DNA from: Alphaproteobacteria bacterium
Lineage (GTDB): Bacteria > Pseudomonadota > Alphaproteobacteria > Bin95
Length of the DNA stretch: 64,000 bases
Direction of reading: 5' to 3'
Assembly: GCA_963665325.3 (NCBI GenBank)
Contig: OZ224045.1
Span: 512,001 to 576,000 of the forward strand
Position 1 is the first letter of the stretch; the number at the start of each line of letters is the position of its first letter. The notes below the pieces were generated by a model. That model searched no databases and had not been told where the DNA came from. It worked only from the letters and a program-made list of their open reading frames with translations. Position numbers and translations under genes: made by a program. Below are positions 1 to 9,357 of the stretch, one piece after another.

Positions 1-520
1 CCTCGGCACGGAGCGGGGCTTCACCTACCGGTTGACGCTGACGCCCTCGAACCGCGACGCGGCGCAGATCCTGATCCGCAATGCCGATGCGCTGCCGAGC
101 GATGCGGCGGCTGCCGCTTCCCCGCTCGCTGGCACGCCCCGTGTGGCCGCGCTGGTCCGGCTGGTGCGCGCGGTGGCGCGGCGCCAGCCTCTGCCCGGCT
201 ACGAAATCCTCGCCGGCCTGGCCCCCCGGCTCGATGGCCGGGGCAGGTTCTCCCCGATCGGGGCAGGCAGTTCGTTCGTTGCCGGCCTCACCGTAATCGA
301 GACCTGGCGGGGCCCGCGCTTTCGGGCGCTCGTGCTGGAAGCGGACCGCCTCCCCTCCGCTTCCGTCGACGGCCCCGCGGACCTCGCCGGGACCATCGGG
401 GACAGCCTGGCCGCGGGCCGCCTTGCCGCGCTCTGGCTGGCCGCGCCCGGCAGTGGGCCGAAGGGCGGGCGGCTCGCCGTGGCGGTCGTGGAGACCGCCC
501 GCATGGAGAGCCCGCGATGA
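1..520 (+). CDS. traK: F-type conjugative secretin-like TraK, C-terminal part (5' truncated by window)
   Basis: Open frame from the window edge; stop overlaps the traB start (ATGA); position matches traK-traB-traV-traC synteny. Confidence 0.7.
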   Translation, partial: LGTERGFTYRLTLTPSNRDAAQILIRNADALPSDAAAAASPLAGTPRVAALVRLVRAVARRQPLPGYEILAGLAPRLDGRGRFSPIGAGSSFVAGLTVIETWRGPRFRALVLEADRLPSASVDGPADLAGTIGDSLAAGRLAALWLAAPGSGPKGGRLAVAVVETARMESPR

Positions 521-1797
521 GCGCGCGGCAGGACACTTCGGATGCCGCAGCGGTGCGTCGTCGCCAGCTGCTGCTGTTCTCGGTCGTCGCGGCGGCGGCG
601 CTGGTGGCGGTGGCGCTCTGGATGGGCGCCGACGGCGGCAAGGCGCCGTCCGCGCCGGGCGGCATCGATGCCGGGATCGTCGAGCCCGACATGGCCGAGA
701 AGGTCTGGACAAGGCGCTCCGAGGCGAGGCTCGGCGGTCTGGAGACCCGGCTCGATGCGGTCGCGCGCGAGGCGCGGACGGTCCGGGACGAGAACGCGCA
801 GCTCCGCGCCAGGCTGGAGAAGGACGCGGCCGACGCGCGCACCGTCATCGACCGGCAGGCCGCCATGATCGCCGATCTCGAACGTCGGCTCCAGGCGCCG
901 GTACAGCCGGGCGGCGCAGCGCCCGTCCCGCGGGCCGGTCCCGGCAATGACGGGTATTTCCGGGTGCCGGGAGCAACGCCGCCGGCCGGAAATGGCGGGC
1001 GGACGCAACCGGCTCCGCCCGTCTCCATGATCGAGACGTTCGAGCTGGAGGGCGGCCCGCGCTCGTCGGCAACCGATCACCGTAGCGGCCCGGAGCTGGT
1101 GGCCGATTCGGTGGCGAAGCCGGCCTCGGCATGGCTGCCGGCGGGCGCGCATGCCTCGGCGATCGTGCTCGCGGGCGTCGACGCCTCGGCCGGCATCTCG
1201 TCGCAGGGCGATCCCCGCCCGGTGCTGTTGCGCATCACGGGTCCCGCCTGGACCGCCGCCGAGGACGGTGTCGCGCTCGCCGTCGACATCGACGGCTGCA
1301 CCGTGACGGGGGCGGCTCATGGCGATCTCTCCTCGGAGAAGGTTTACGTCCGCTTCCGCACGATGACTTGTGCCGGGCCGGAACCGGGCACCGTGATCGA
1401 GACCGATGTGGCGGGGTTCGTCGCGGGCTCGGGCAAGACCGGGGTGCGCGGGCCGGTGGTGAGCCGCGAGGGGGCGCTGGTCGAGAAGGCCTTCCTCGCC
1501 GGCGTGGTGTCGGGCGTCGGCCAGGGCGCGGCGCAGGCCTTCCAGCCCCAGGCGGTGGCGACGGGCGGAGGCGCCGCGGTCGCCAATACGGCGCTCTCCG
1601 ACATCGGGCGCGCCGGTCTCGGCGCCGGCGCGTCGAGTGCGGGGCAGAAGGTCGCCGACTACATGATCCGGCGCGCCGAGCAGTACCAGCCGGTGATCCA
1701 GCTCCAGGCCGGCACGAAGGTGACTCTGGTGTTCCTCGAAGGCGCACGGATCGACGGCCGCGCCGTGCAACCGCAATCCGGCAAGGGAGGGAAATGA
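517..1797 (+). CDS. traB: F-type T4SS core protein TraB (VirB10-like)
   Basis: N-terminal TM, coiled coil, Pro-rich linker, C-terminal GC(x)VTGAAHGDLSSEKVYVR and GVRGPVVSREG motifs. Confidence 0.92.
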   Translation: MSARQDTSDAAAVRRRQLLLFSVVAAAALVAVALWMGADGGKAPSAPGGIDAGIVEPDMAEKVWTRRSEARLGGLETRLDAVAREARTVRDENAQLRARLEKDAADARTVIDRQAAMIADLERRLQAPVQPGGAAPVPRAGPGNDGYFRVPGATPPAGNGGRTQPAPPVSMIETFELEGGPRSSATDHRSGPELVADSVAKPASAWLPAGAHASAIVLAGVDASAGISSQGDPRPVLLRITGPAWTAAEDGVALAVDIDGCTVTGAAHGDLSSEKVYVRFRTMTCAGPEPGTVIETDVAGFVAGSGKTGVRGPVVSREGALVEKAFLAGVVSGVGQGAAQAFQPQAVATGGGAAVANTALSDIGRAGLGAGASSAGQKVADYMIRRAEQYQPVIQLQAGTKVTLVFLEGARIDGRAVQPQSGKGGK

Positions 1798-1798
1798 C

Positions 1799-2371
1799 AT
1801 GACCATGGGGAAGAACTGCGCGCTCCGCGTGATGGCAATACCGGCTGCGGCCGTCGTGGCCATCATGCTCGCGGGCTGCTCGTCGGGGCATATCGGCGAG
1901 GACTGGCAGTGCCCGCTGGCGAAGGGCGGGTCCTGCGCCAGCGTCGCCGCCGCCGATCCGGCGGTGCCGAAGGCGGGTTCCGTGCAGGCAATGGCGACCG
2001 GGCAGCCGATCCGGCTGCTGCCCCGCGACATGGAAGCCGAACGCGCCGATCCACTGGCGATGGAGTCTCCTTCCTGCGAGGCGGAGTGCGGCTTCGATCC
2101 GTTCGGATGGCTCGCCCGGCTGCTCGGCGGCAGCGATGACGACAACCGCCCAGGCGGCGGGAATGCCGAACCGGCAACGGTCGATTCTGCCGCCGATGTC
2201 GCGGTCGAGGCGGTCCCGGCTGCGGAAGAAGATACCGGCGCCGACGGTCTGCGCACCGGGGAGGTCGTGGCGCGCATCTGGATCGCGCCCTTCGTCGATG
2301 CCGACGGCGTCTACCGCGAAGCGTCCCACGTCCGGGTGGTGCTGAAGCCGGCCGGCTGGAGGCTCCGCTGA
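1799..2371 (+). CDS. traV: TraV lipoprotein
   Basis: Lipobox LAGC, WQCP...GSCASV, C-terminal RT.E.VARIWIAPFVDADG. Confidence 0.9.
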   Translation: MTMGKNCALRVMAIPAAAVVAIMLAGCSSGHIGEDWQCPLAKGGSCASVAAADPAVPKAGSVQAMATGQPIRLLPRDMEAERADPLAMESPSCEAECGFDPFGWLARLLGGSDDDNRPGGGNAEPATVDSAADVAVEAVPAAEEDTGADGLRTGEVVARIWIAPFVDADGVYREASHVRVVLKPAGWRLR

Positions 2372-4947
2372 TGGCGGCGGGGGCGCTCGGCCGGCTGCTG
2401 GAGCTGTTCGAGGGGCCGGAGGCGCCGGGTCCCTGGTCGCCGCCCGCCGTGCCGGCCGCGCTGCATGCGCTGCTGCCATGGCGCGCGTTCGACGAGTCGA
2501 GCGAGCTCTATGTCAACGCCGGCTCCGTCGGCTTCGTGCTGGAGCTGCCGCCCTTCGCCGGCATCGACGCCGAGACCCTGGGCGCGCTCTCCGGCACGCT
2601 GGCCGACGCCGCGCCCGAGCGCTGCACCATCCAGATCGTCCACTGGGCGAGCCCGCGCTTCGGCGCCGCCATGCGCGCCTGGGCCGAGCCGCGTGTCGGG
2701 ACCGGCGGGGCGCTGAACCGCATGGGCGAACGCCGCCGGAACCTGCTCGCCTCCGGCGGCTGGCGCCGGCTGCATGACGGCGGACCGCCCTTCACCCTCT
2801 CGGACTACCGGGTGTTCGTCACCGCCTGTCTCGCGGGCGGTCCCGGCCCGGCGGCGGAGACCGCGCTCGGCGCCTTCCGCCGGGCGCTGGAGGGAACCCT
2901 CGCCTCGGCGGGCGCGACCGCCCGGCGGCTGGAGCCGGACGCGCTGCTGTCGCTCGCCGCCGAGCTGACCGCGCCCGATATCGCGGGTCTGCACGACAGC
3001 GGGACCGAACGCCCGGCCCGACGCTGGGCGCCGCGCGATCCCCTGCACGAGCAATGCACCGCCCCCGGACGCGCGCTCACGGTCCATCCCACCGGGTTGA
3101 CCCTGCACCATCCCGAGGGCGGCCGCGACGGCGGCTCCGGGGACATCGCCGTGCGGGTGCTGAGCGCCATTGCGTTCCCGGAGGTCTGGCCGGGCTGGCG
3201 CGGCAACGCGCTGATCGGCGACTTCCACCGCGACTTCCTCCAGCCCGGCTGCCCGGTGCTGACCTGCCTCACCGTCGTCACCGGCGACGAGGCGGCGGGC
3301 GAGAAGGCGTTCCTGAAGTCGGCCCGCGCGACCCAGCAGGCCGGCACCGGGATCGCGCGATACCTGCCCGGCCTGCCCGAGAAGGCGCGCGACTGGCAGG
3401 CGGTGACCGAGCGGCTCAAGGACGGCGAGAAGCTGGTCCGGGCCTGCTACATGGCCGCGGTCTACGCCCCGCTGGATGCCCTCGACGAGGCCGAGCAGGC
3501 GGTGCGCGCGATCTATCACGGCCAGGGCTGGCGGGTGAACGCCGAGCGCTACATGCAGCTCCCCTCCTGGCTCGCCTGCCTGCCGATGGCATCCGCCGGC
3601 GGCCTCGACGCCGATCTCGAACGCATGGGCCGGATGAAGACCCTGCTGACCGCATCGGCGGTCAATCTCGCCCCGATCCACGGCGAATGGCGCGGACAGC
3701 CGATGAACCCGGATAACCCGCCCGCCCTGTTCCTGATCGGCCGCCGGGGCCAGCCGGCCTGCTGGTCGCCGTTTGCCAACGAGGCGGGCAACTACAACAC
3801 CGCCGTCACCGGCAAGTCGGGCTCGGGCAAGTCGGTGCTGATGCAGGAGCTGGTCACCGGCCTGATCGGCGCCGGCGGCGAGGCCGTGGTGATCGACGAC
3901 GGACGGTCGTTCCAGCACACGGCGGAAGCCTTGGGCGGCGCCTTCATCGCGTTCGGCAAGGACCCGGCCTGCCTCAACCCCTTCGCCATGATCGATGCGG
4001 GGACCGCCAACCATGACGGCGATTACCGCGAGGAATGCTTCGCGATGCTCGCCGGCGTCATCGGGCGGATGGCAAGGCGAAGGGGCTCCATCGACGATAT
4101 CGAGGCGGCGCTGATCGCGGAAGCCATCGCGGCTGCCTGGGACGAGGCGGGCAACGGTGCCGATCTCGGCGCGGTGCGGGGCCATCTGGCGAAACGCAAC
4201 GACCGCCGCGCGAAGGACATGGCGACGGCCCTCGGCCCCTGGTGTCCCGGCGGCGCCATGGGGCGGCTCTTCGCGGGCTCGAACGTGCCGGACCTTGAGA
4301 ATGCCATGACGGTGTTCGAGCTGGCCGAGCTCAAGGGGCGGGGCGACGTCCAGGCCGTCGTGCTGATGCTGGTGGTCTTCCTCGCGACCCAGCGCATGTA
4401 TCACGGCCCCCGGACCCGGGCGAAGGCGATCGTCATCGACGAGGCCTGGGACCTGCTCTCCGGCGAGGACAGCCGCGCCTTCCTCGAAGGCGCCGCGCGG
4501 CGCGCCCGCAAGTACCGGGGCGCGCTGGTCACCGGCACCCAGTCGGTCAACGACTACTACGCCAACCCCGCCGCGCGGGCCGCCTGGGAGAACTCGGACT
4601 GGGTGATCTTCCTCGCCCAGAAGGACGAGTCGGTCGAGCTGCTGAAATCCGAGAAGCGCATCCACTGCGATCCGGGCATGGAGCGGGCGCTGAAGTCTCT
4701 CACTACCGCGGACGGACGCTATGCCGAGCTGGTGCTGCACGGCCCCGACGGCTGGCGGGTCGCCCGTCTCGTGCTCGATGCCTGGTCGGTGGCGCTGTTC
4801 TCCTCGCGCGGCCCCGCCTTCGCGGCGGTCGAGACGCTCAAGGCCGAGGGGCTCTCCACCGTCGAGGCCATCGACCGGCTCGCGGGGGGCGGCGCCCCCG
4901 CTGCTACCGGACATTCCGATCCACCTGAAACGGAGGCAAACGCATGA
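2371..4947 (+). CDS. traC: TraC VirB4-family ATPase
   Basis: Walker A GKSGSGKS, IDDGRSF, Walker B IDEAW, RRARKY motif; 858 aa. Confidence 0.95.
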   Translation: MAAGALGRLLELFEGPEAPGPWSPPAVPAALHALLPWRAFDESSELYVNAGSVGFVLELPPFAGIDAETLGALSGTLADAAPERCTIQIVHWASPRFGAAMRAWAEPRVGTGGALNRMGERRRNLLASGGWRRLHDGGPPFTLSDYRVFVTACLAGGPGPAAETALGAFRRALEGTLASAGATARRLEPDALLSLAAELTAPDIAGLHDSGTERPARRWAPRDPLHEQCTAPGRALTVHPTGLTLHHPEGGRDGGSGDIAVRVLSAIAFPEVWPGWRGNALIGDFHRDFLQPGCPVLTCLTVVTGDEAAGEKAFLKSARATQQAGTGIARYLPGLPEKARDWQAVTERLKDGEKLVRACYMAAVYAPLDALDEAEQAVRAIYHGQGWRVNAERYMQLPSWLACLPMASAGGLDADLERMGRMKTLLTASAVNLAPIHGEWRGQPMNPDNPPALFLIGRRGQPACWSPFANEAGNYNTAVTGKSGSGKSVLMQELVTGLIGAGGEAVVIDDGRSFQHTAEALGGAFIAFGKDPACLNPFAMIDAGTANHDGDYREECFAMLAGVIGRMARRRGSIDDIEAALIAEAIAAAWDEAGNGADLGAVRGHLAKRNDRRAKDMATALGPWCPGGAMGRLFAGSNVPDLENAMTVFELAELKGRGDVQAVVLMLVVFLATQRMYHGPRTRAKAIVIDEAWDLLSGEDSRAFLEGAARRARKYRGALVTGTQSVNDYYANPAARAAWENSDWVIFLAQKDESVELLKSEKRIHCDPGMERALKSLTTADGRYAELVLHGPDGWRVARLVLDAWSVALFSSRGPAFAAVETLKAEGLSTVEAIDRLAGGGAPAATGHSDPPETEANA

Positions 4948-5588
4948 GCTCCACGCGAAGCCCGGCAGGCACGCAACCCCCGCTCACCTGGCCGGACGAT
5001 CCGGAGACCGTGACGGCGGCCGATATCGATTTCGAGGCGCTGGCCCATGTGCTGGCCAACACCTGCCGCCGGGGCGGCTGCGTGCGTTCCTACCACTCGG
5101 TCGCGGCGCACGCGGTAATCGTCTCGGAGGAGATCGAGGCGCTCGACGGGCTGTCCGGGGGGGACCGACGGACGCTGGCCCTCCATGCCCTTCTGGCGCC
5201 CGCGCCGTCGGCGTGGCTCCGGGGCCGGCTGCCCGACTCGCAGCGGGCGGCCGAGCGCGTCGGAAGGCTGGCCACGGGGATCGAGACCGCGGTGCGCGAG
5301 GCCGCCGGGCTCGACGCCGTGCTGGACGAGGAGCACGGCGAACTCCTGCGATTCGTGACCCGCATGGCGGCCGCCGCCGAGCGCCGCGACATCATGGACG
5401 GGAATGCCGCCGCGAACGCCGGCGTTGCCTTCCCGCCGCTGAAACGGCGCATCCGTTCGATCATGCCCGACAGGGCGGCGGAGGCATGGCTCGCTAGGTT
5501 CCGGGCGCTCGCCGGGCCGGAAGAGGAGCGGCAGCGGCGTGTCGCGGGGGGCGTCGAGCCGGACGGGTCGGATGTCGCGCAGGGCTGA
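4944..5588 (+). CDS. HD/YfbR-like phosphohydrolase homologue with degenerate HD motif
   Basis: DIDFEALAHVLANTCR..G....YHSVAAH matches the N-terminal motif of the family; the expected LLHD..EAY is LLAPAPSAW. Confidence 0.65.
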   Translation: MSSTRSPAGTQPPLTWPDDPETVTAADIDFEALAHVLANTCRRGGCVRSYHSVAAHAVIVSEEIEALDGLSGGDRRTLALHALLAPAPSAWLRGRLPDSQRAAERVGRLATGIETAVREAAGLDAVLDEEHGELLRFVTRMAAAAERRDIMDGNAAANAGVAFPPLKRRIRSIMPDRAAEAWLARFRALAGPEEERQRRVAGGVEPDGSDVAQG

Positions 5589-5979
5589 CACCGGGCAGTC
5601 CGGGGCGAGTGCCTGGCCGGTGATGGTCTCGGCAGTGCTGCTCTCGGGCGCCGTGGCGGCGGCGGTTGCGGCCGCGATGCTCCGGTATGGGATCGAGCCG
5701 CCCCCGCGCATCGCGGGCGTGCGTCTGACGGAGATCACGGTCGCCTACACGACCCGAGCCGCGTCGGCGGGGGAGACCGCCGAGGGCGTGCAGGCCTGGG
5801 GCGGGGCGCTGGAAGCCGCACTCGACCGGGTAGCGAAGCGGCATGGCGCGGTGCTGCTGCCGGCCCGCGCGGTCGCCGCCGGAGCTCCGGACCTGACGGC
5901 CGAGGTCGAGGCGGCGCTCGCGGCCTTTCTCGCCCACACGGCAGGCGGAAGCGCCGCGCCGCCGGGAGACGGCCGGTGA
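5572..5979 (+). CDS. trbI: TrbI-like F-type transfer protein
   Basis: Single TM, C-terminal VLLPARAVAAGAPDLT motif, position after traC; start uncertain (5539 or 5572). Confidence 0.75.
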   Translation: MSRRADTGQSGASAWPVMVSAVLLSGAVAAAVAAAMLRYGIEPPPRIAGVRLTEITVAYTTRAASAGETAEGVQAWGGALEAALDRVAKRHGAVLLPARAVAAGAPDLTAEVEAALAAFLAHTAGGSAAPPGDGR

Positions 5980-6563
5980 GCGCGCCGCGCCCGGTATTCA
6001 ATTTGCGGGCCGCCGGAGCACGGCGGAGGCATATCGGCCTCGCCGTCATGATCGCGCTGGCGGCGCTCTGGCTTGGCCTCGCCTCGCGGGTGCATGTGAA
6101 CGCCAGCTGGTCCGACCGGGCCTGGGGCTATGCCGCCTTCCCGCTGTTCGGCGAGGACCCGAGAATCGGCGACCGGGTGCTGTTCGAGCCACCGGCGGCC
6201 GTTGGCAGCAAGGTCCCTTATCTCAAGACGGTGCGCGGCCTGCCGGGGATGGCGGTCGCGGTCGCGGAAGACGGAACGGTCAGTCTCGATGGCGTTGCGG
6301 TCGGCCGCGCCAAGACGCACGCGCTCGACGGGCGGCCGCTCGAAGCCATCGCGCCGGGCATGATCCCGCCCGGGCATTACTTCCTGCACGCCGATCATCC
6401 CGACAGCCACGACAGCCGCTATGCCGGGATCGGCCTGGTGCCGCGCCATCGCATCCTCGGCCGCGCCATCGCCCTGCCCGACCTGCCCTGGCTCGGGCTC
6501 AAGGGACCGCTGGTCGGGCCGGAGGATATCCGGTCGGGCGAAGTGCCGGAGGCGCCGCGATGA
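5976..6563 (+). CDS. S26-family conjugative signal peptidase (TrhF-like)
   Basis: VNASWS, LKTVRGLPG, PDSHDSRYAGIGLV motifs. Confidence 0.88.
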   Translation: MSAPRPVFNLRAAGARRRHIGLAVMIALAALWLGLASRVHVNASWSDRAWGYAAFPLFGEDPRIGDRVLFEPPAAVGSKVPYLKTVRGLPGMAVAVAEDGTVSLDGVAVGRAKTHALDGRPLEAIAPGMIPPGHYFLHADHPDSHDSRYAGIGLVPRHRILGRAIALPDLPWLGLKGPLVGPEDIRSGEVPEAPR

Positions 6564-7210
6564 TCCGTTGTGCCGCGCTGGTGCTTGCTACCGCCGCGAC
6601 CCTGCTGGCCCTTCCGGCCGCGGCGAAGGATCTGGGTGTGCGCGGCGCGACCTGGCCGGTGGCGGAACCGGACCTGCTGGCCGAAATCGAGACACGTCTC
6701 CTGGAGTTGCAGCGCTCGGGCGCGCTGGCGCGGCTGGAGGACGAGGCCCGAGCCAGTGCCCGGCGGACGCTGGAGGAACCGGACCCGGCGCCGGGCATCG
6801 CGCCCGCCACGAGGGAACGCAGCCGCCTGTTCGATCCCGCCATTACGGTGGAACGGGACATTCGCACGCCCGACGGCACGCTCATTGCCGCCGCGGGCAC
6901 AAGGGTCAATCCACTGGAGCGGGTCGTGCTCGCCCGCGACCTGCTGTTCGTCGACGGCAGGCGTGAGGCCGAAATCGCCTGGGCACTGGCCTATGGCCGG
7001 CCCGCGAAGATCGTGCTGCTCGCCGGCCGCCCGCTCGATCTCATGCGCCGCCATCGCCGGCCCGTCTTCTTCGACACCGGCGGCAGGATCGCCGCGCGAT
7101 TCGGCATCGCCGCGACGCCCACGCTGATCGAACAGGACGGCGTTCGACTGCGCCTTACCGAAATCCCGGTCGAAGAGCGGGATCCCGCTCGAACCGAAGA
7201 AGAGGACTGA
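6560..7210 (+). CDS. traW: TraW pilus assembly protein
   Basis: Signal peptide, DLGVRGATWPVAEPDLL, FDP, VNPL, FFDTGG motifs. Confidence 0.93.
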   Translation: MIRCAALVLATAATLLALPAAAKDLGVRGATWPVAEPDLLAEIETRLLELQRSGALARLEDEARASARRTLEEPDPAPGIAPATRERSRLFDPAITVERDIRTPDGTLIAAAGTRVNPLERVVLARDLLFVDGRREAEIAWALAYGRPAKIVLLAGRPLDLMRRHRRPVFFDTGGRIAARFGIAATPTLIEQDGVRLRLTEIPVEERDPARTEEED

Positions 7211-7214
7211 AGCC

Positions 7215-7616
7215 ATGCTGACCGTCAACCGCGCGACCCTGCTCGGCCATGCCGGGCGCGATCCCGAGATCCGCACCCTGCCGAACGGCGGCCGGGCGGC
7301 GACCTTCTCGCTCGCCACCGCCGAAAAGTGGACCGACCGGGAGGGCAAGCCCGCGGAGGCCACGGACTGGCACCGGGTGGTCGTCTATGGCGCCGCCGTG
7401 GAGATCGTCGGGACCATGCTGCGCAAGGGCGATCCGGTCATGGTCGAGGGTCGCATCGCCACCTGGCAATATCGCGACCGGGACGACAACGACCGCACCA
7501 TCACCGAAATCGTCGTCGCCGGGCCGCAGGGCATGGTCAACACCCTCGCCGGGCGGCGTCGGGAAAATGGCGATGCTGCCGGGACGGTTGGCGGCGCATC
7601 GGAGCCCGCGGAATGA
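7215..7616 (+). CDS. ssb: Single-stranded DNA-binding protein (tra-operon copy)
   Basis: VNRATLLGHAGRDPEIR, TDWHRVV, KGDPVMVEGRI; no acidic DIPF tail. Confidence 0.9.
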   Translation: MLTVNRATLLGHAGRDPEIRTLPNGGRAATFSLATAEKWTDREGKPAEATDWHRVVVYGAAVEIVGTMLRKGDPVMVEGRIATWQYRDRDDNDRTITEIVVAGPQGMVNTLAGRRRENGDAAGTVGGASEPAE

Positions 7617-8614
7617 AGCTCCGCTTCGTCCCCCTTGCCGCCCTCGCCCTCGCGGCCCTTCTCTGGTCGGGTCCGGCCTCGGCGCAGTCCTGCACCGGGC
7701 GGTTCGTGAACCCGATCTCCGACGTCTGCTGGGAGTGCCTGTTCCCGATCTCGATCGGCCCGCTCACCATCGGCAGCACCGGCGGCGTGACCGACACCCC
7801 CAACCCGTCCTCGCCGATCTGCTTTTGCGGCTCCCCTATCCCCCGCATCGGGTTGTCCCTCGGGGTGTGGGAGCCGGCACGGCTGGTCGACGTCACCAGG
7901 ACCCCCTGGTGCTTCCCCAACCTGGGCGGCCTCACCATCGATCCCGGCCTGCCCGCCGCCAGGGGCCGCACCGGGTCGTCCGGCGGCGACGGCGCGAAGG
8001 GCTCGGTCTGGCATGCGCACTATTACATGTATCCATTGCTCTCCTGGATCGGGGTGCTACTCGATCTCGGCTGCCTCGAAGGAGGTTCGCTCGACATCGC
8101 CTGGGTCTCGGAGCTCGACCCGGCCTGGCTCGACGACGAGCTGTCGTTCCTCCTGAACCCGGAGGCGGCGCTGTTCGCCAACCTGCCGGCGCAGGCGGCC
8201 TGCGCCGCCGACTGTGCGGCGGCCTCGGTGGGCCTGCCCCAGGACGGCCTGTTCTGGTGCGCGGGCTGCCAGGGCGGGATGTATCCGCTGACCGGCAACG
8301 TGGCGGCCCATGTGGGCGGCGTGCAGGCCTCGCTGCTGGCGGCCCAGCGGCTGGTCTACCGCCTGCACCGTGCCGGTCTCGCCTGGGGCACCTCGGGCTC
8401 GCAGGCGCTCTGCGGGCGCTACCCGATGCCGGTGATGAAGAAGAGCCAGTATCGCTGGCAGATGACCGAGCCGGTGCCGGCGACGACGCCCGCGACCGGC
8501 TGCAACCCGACGGGACGCTCCTCGGTGCTCTGGGAGAGCCTGCGCGAACTGCCGGTCTCCGGGGAGAGCTTCGGCTACCTGCTGTGGAGAAAAAGGTCAT
8601 GTTGTTTGCTCTGA
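7613..8614 (+). CDS. traU: TraU
   Basis: CTGRFVNPISDVCWECLFPI, WEPARL, WCAGCQG, ends WRKRSCC; ATG overlaps the ssb stop. Confidence 0.95.
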   Translation: MKLRFVPLAALALAALLWSGPASAQSCTGRFVNPISDVCWECLFPISIGPLTIGSTGGVTDTPNPSSPICFCGSPIPRIGLSLGVWEPARLVDVTRTPWCFPNLGGLTIDPGLPAARGRTGSSGGDGAKGSVWHAHYYMYPLLSWIGVLLDLGCLEGGSLDIAWVSELDPAWLDDELSFLLNPEAALFANLPAQAACAADCAAASVGLPQDGLFWCAGCQGGMYPLTGNVAAHVGGVQASLLAAQRLVYRLHRAGLAWGTSGSQALCGRYPMPVMKKSQYRWQMTEPVPATTPATGCNPTGRSSVLWESLRELPVSGESFGYLLWRKRSCCLL

Positions 8615-9357
8615 ACCGGCTCGGGATCGCCGGCTTCCTGCTGCTTTCCGTCTGTCCGGCCCGTGCCGACGAAATGCCCGCCGCAGGCCCGAAGGCCGAG
8701 GCATCGCGCCTGGTCGAGGAGGTCATGCGCAAGGCGGGCGACGGCGATCTCGGGGAGTGGACGCGCTCCATCATGGACCGCGCCCTGGAACGTGCGGGAA
8801 AGATCGCACGGCAGACGGGTCCCGGACAAACTGCGCCCCTCCCGGTCGAACGTCATTCGGGCGCTCTCGCAGGAAAGCGCCCCGCCTCGGCGGCGGTGTT
8901 GATCTTCACCAGCCTCTCGGTGCCGGCGGCGAGCTGGCGGCAATGGGCCCATGACGCGGCCCGGGCGGGCGTGCCGCTCGTGCTGCGCGGTGTCGGCGCG
9001 GGCGGATTGCGGCAGATGGCCGGTGAGATCCGCGTCCGTCTTGGTGAGCACAAGGCGGGTCCCGGATCGAAGTCCGGGACAAGCATTGCCATCGATCCGC
9101 GCCTGTTCCGGCTGTTCGGCATCGAACGGGTGCCTGCTGTCGTCGTGGTCCCGGGCGGCGTGCCGCCCTGCGAGAGCCGCGGCTGCTCAGGCCCCGGATC
9201 GGAGTCCGGGGCAGGCTTTCCCGCCCCGCCGCACGATCTTGTCGCCGGCAATATCGGCCTTGTCGCCGCGCTGGAGGCCGTCGCCGCGGAAGGCGACGCC
9301 GGGCGCGCGGTCGCGAAAAGGCATCTCCAACGGCTGAGAAGGGGAAACGAGCCATGA
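8599..9357 (+). CDS. trbC: TrbC F-type pilus assembly protein
   Basis: IFTSLSVP, LVLRG, IDPRLFRLFGIERVPAVV, GNIGL..ALE motifs. Confidence 0.9.
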   Translation: MLFALNRLGIAGFLLLSVCPARADEMPAAGPKAEASRLVEEVMRKAGDGDLGEWTRSIMDRALERAGKIARQTGPGQTAPLPVERHSGALAGKRPASAAVLIFTSLSVPAASWRQWAHDAARAGVPLVLRGVGAGGLRQMAGEIRVRLGEHKAGPGSKSGTSIAIDPRLFRLFGIERVPAVVVVPGGVPPCESRGCSGPGSESGAGFPAPPHDLVAGNIGLVAALEAVAAEGDAGRAVAKRHLQRLRRGNEP

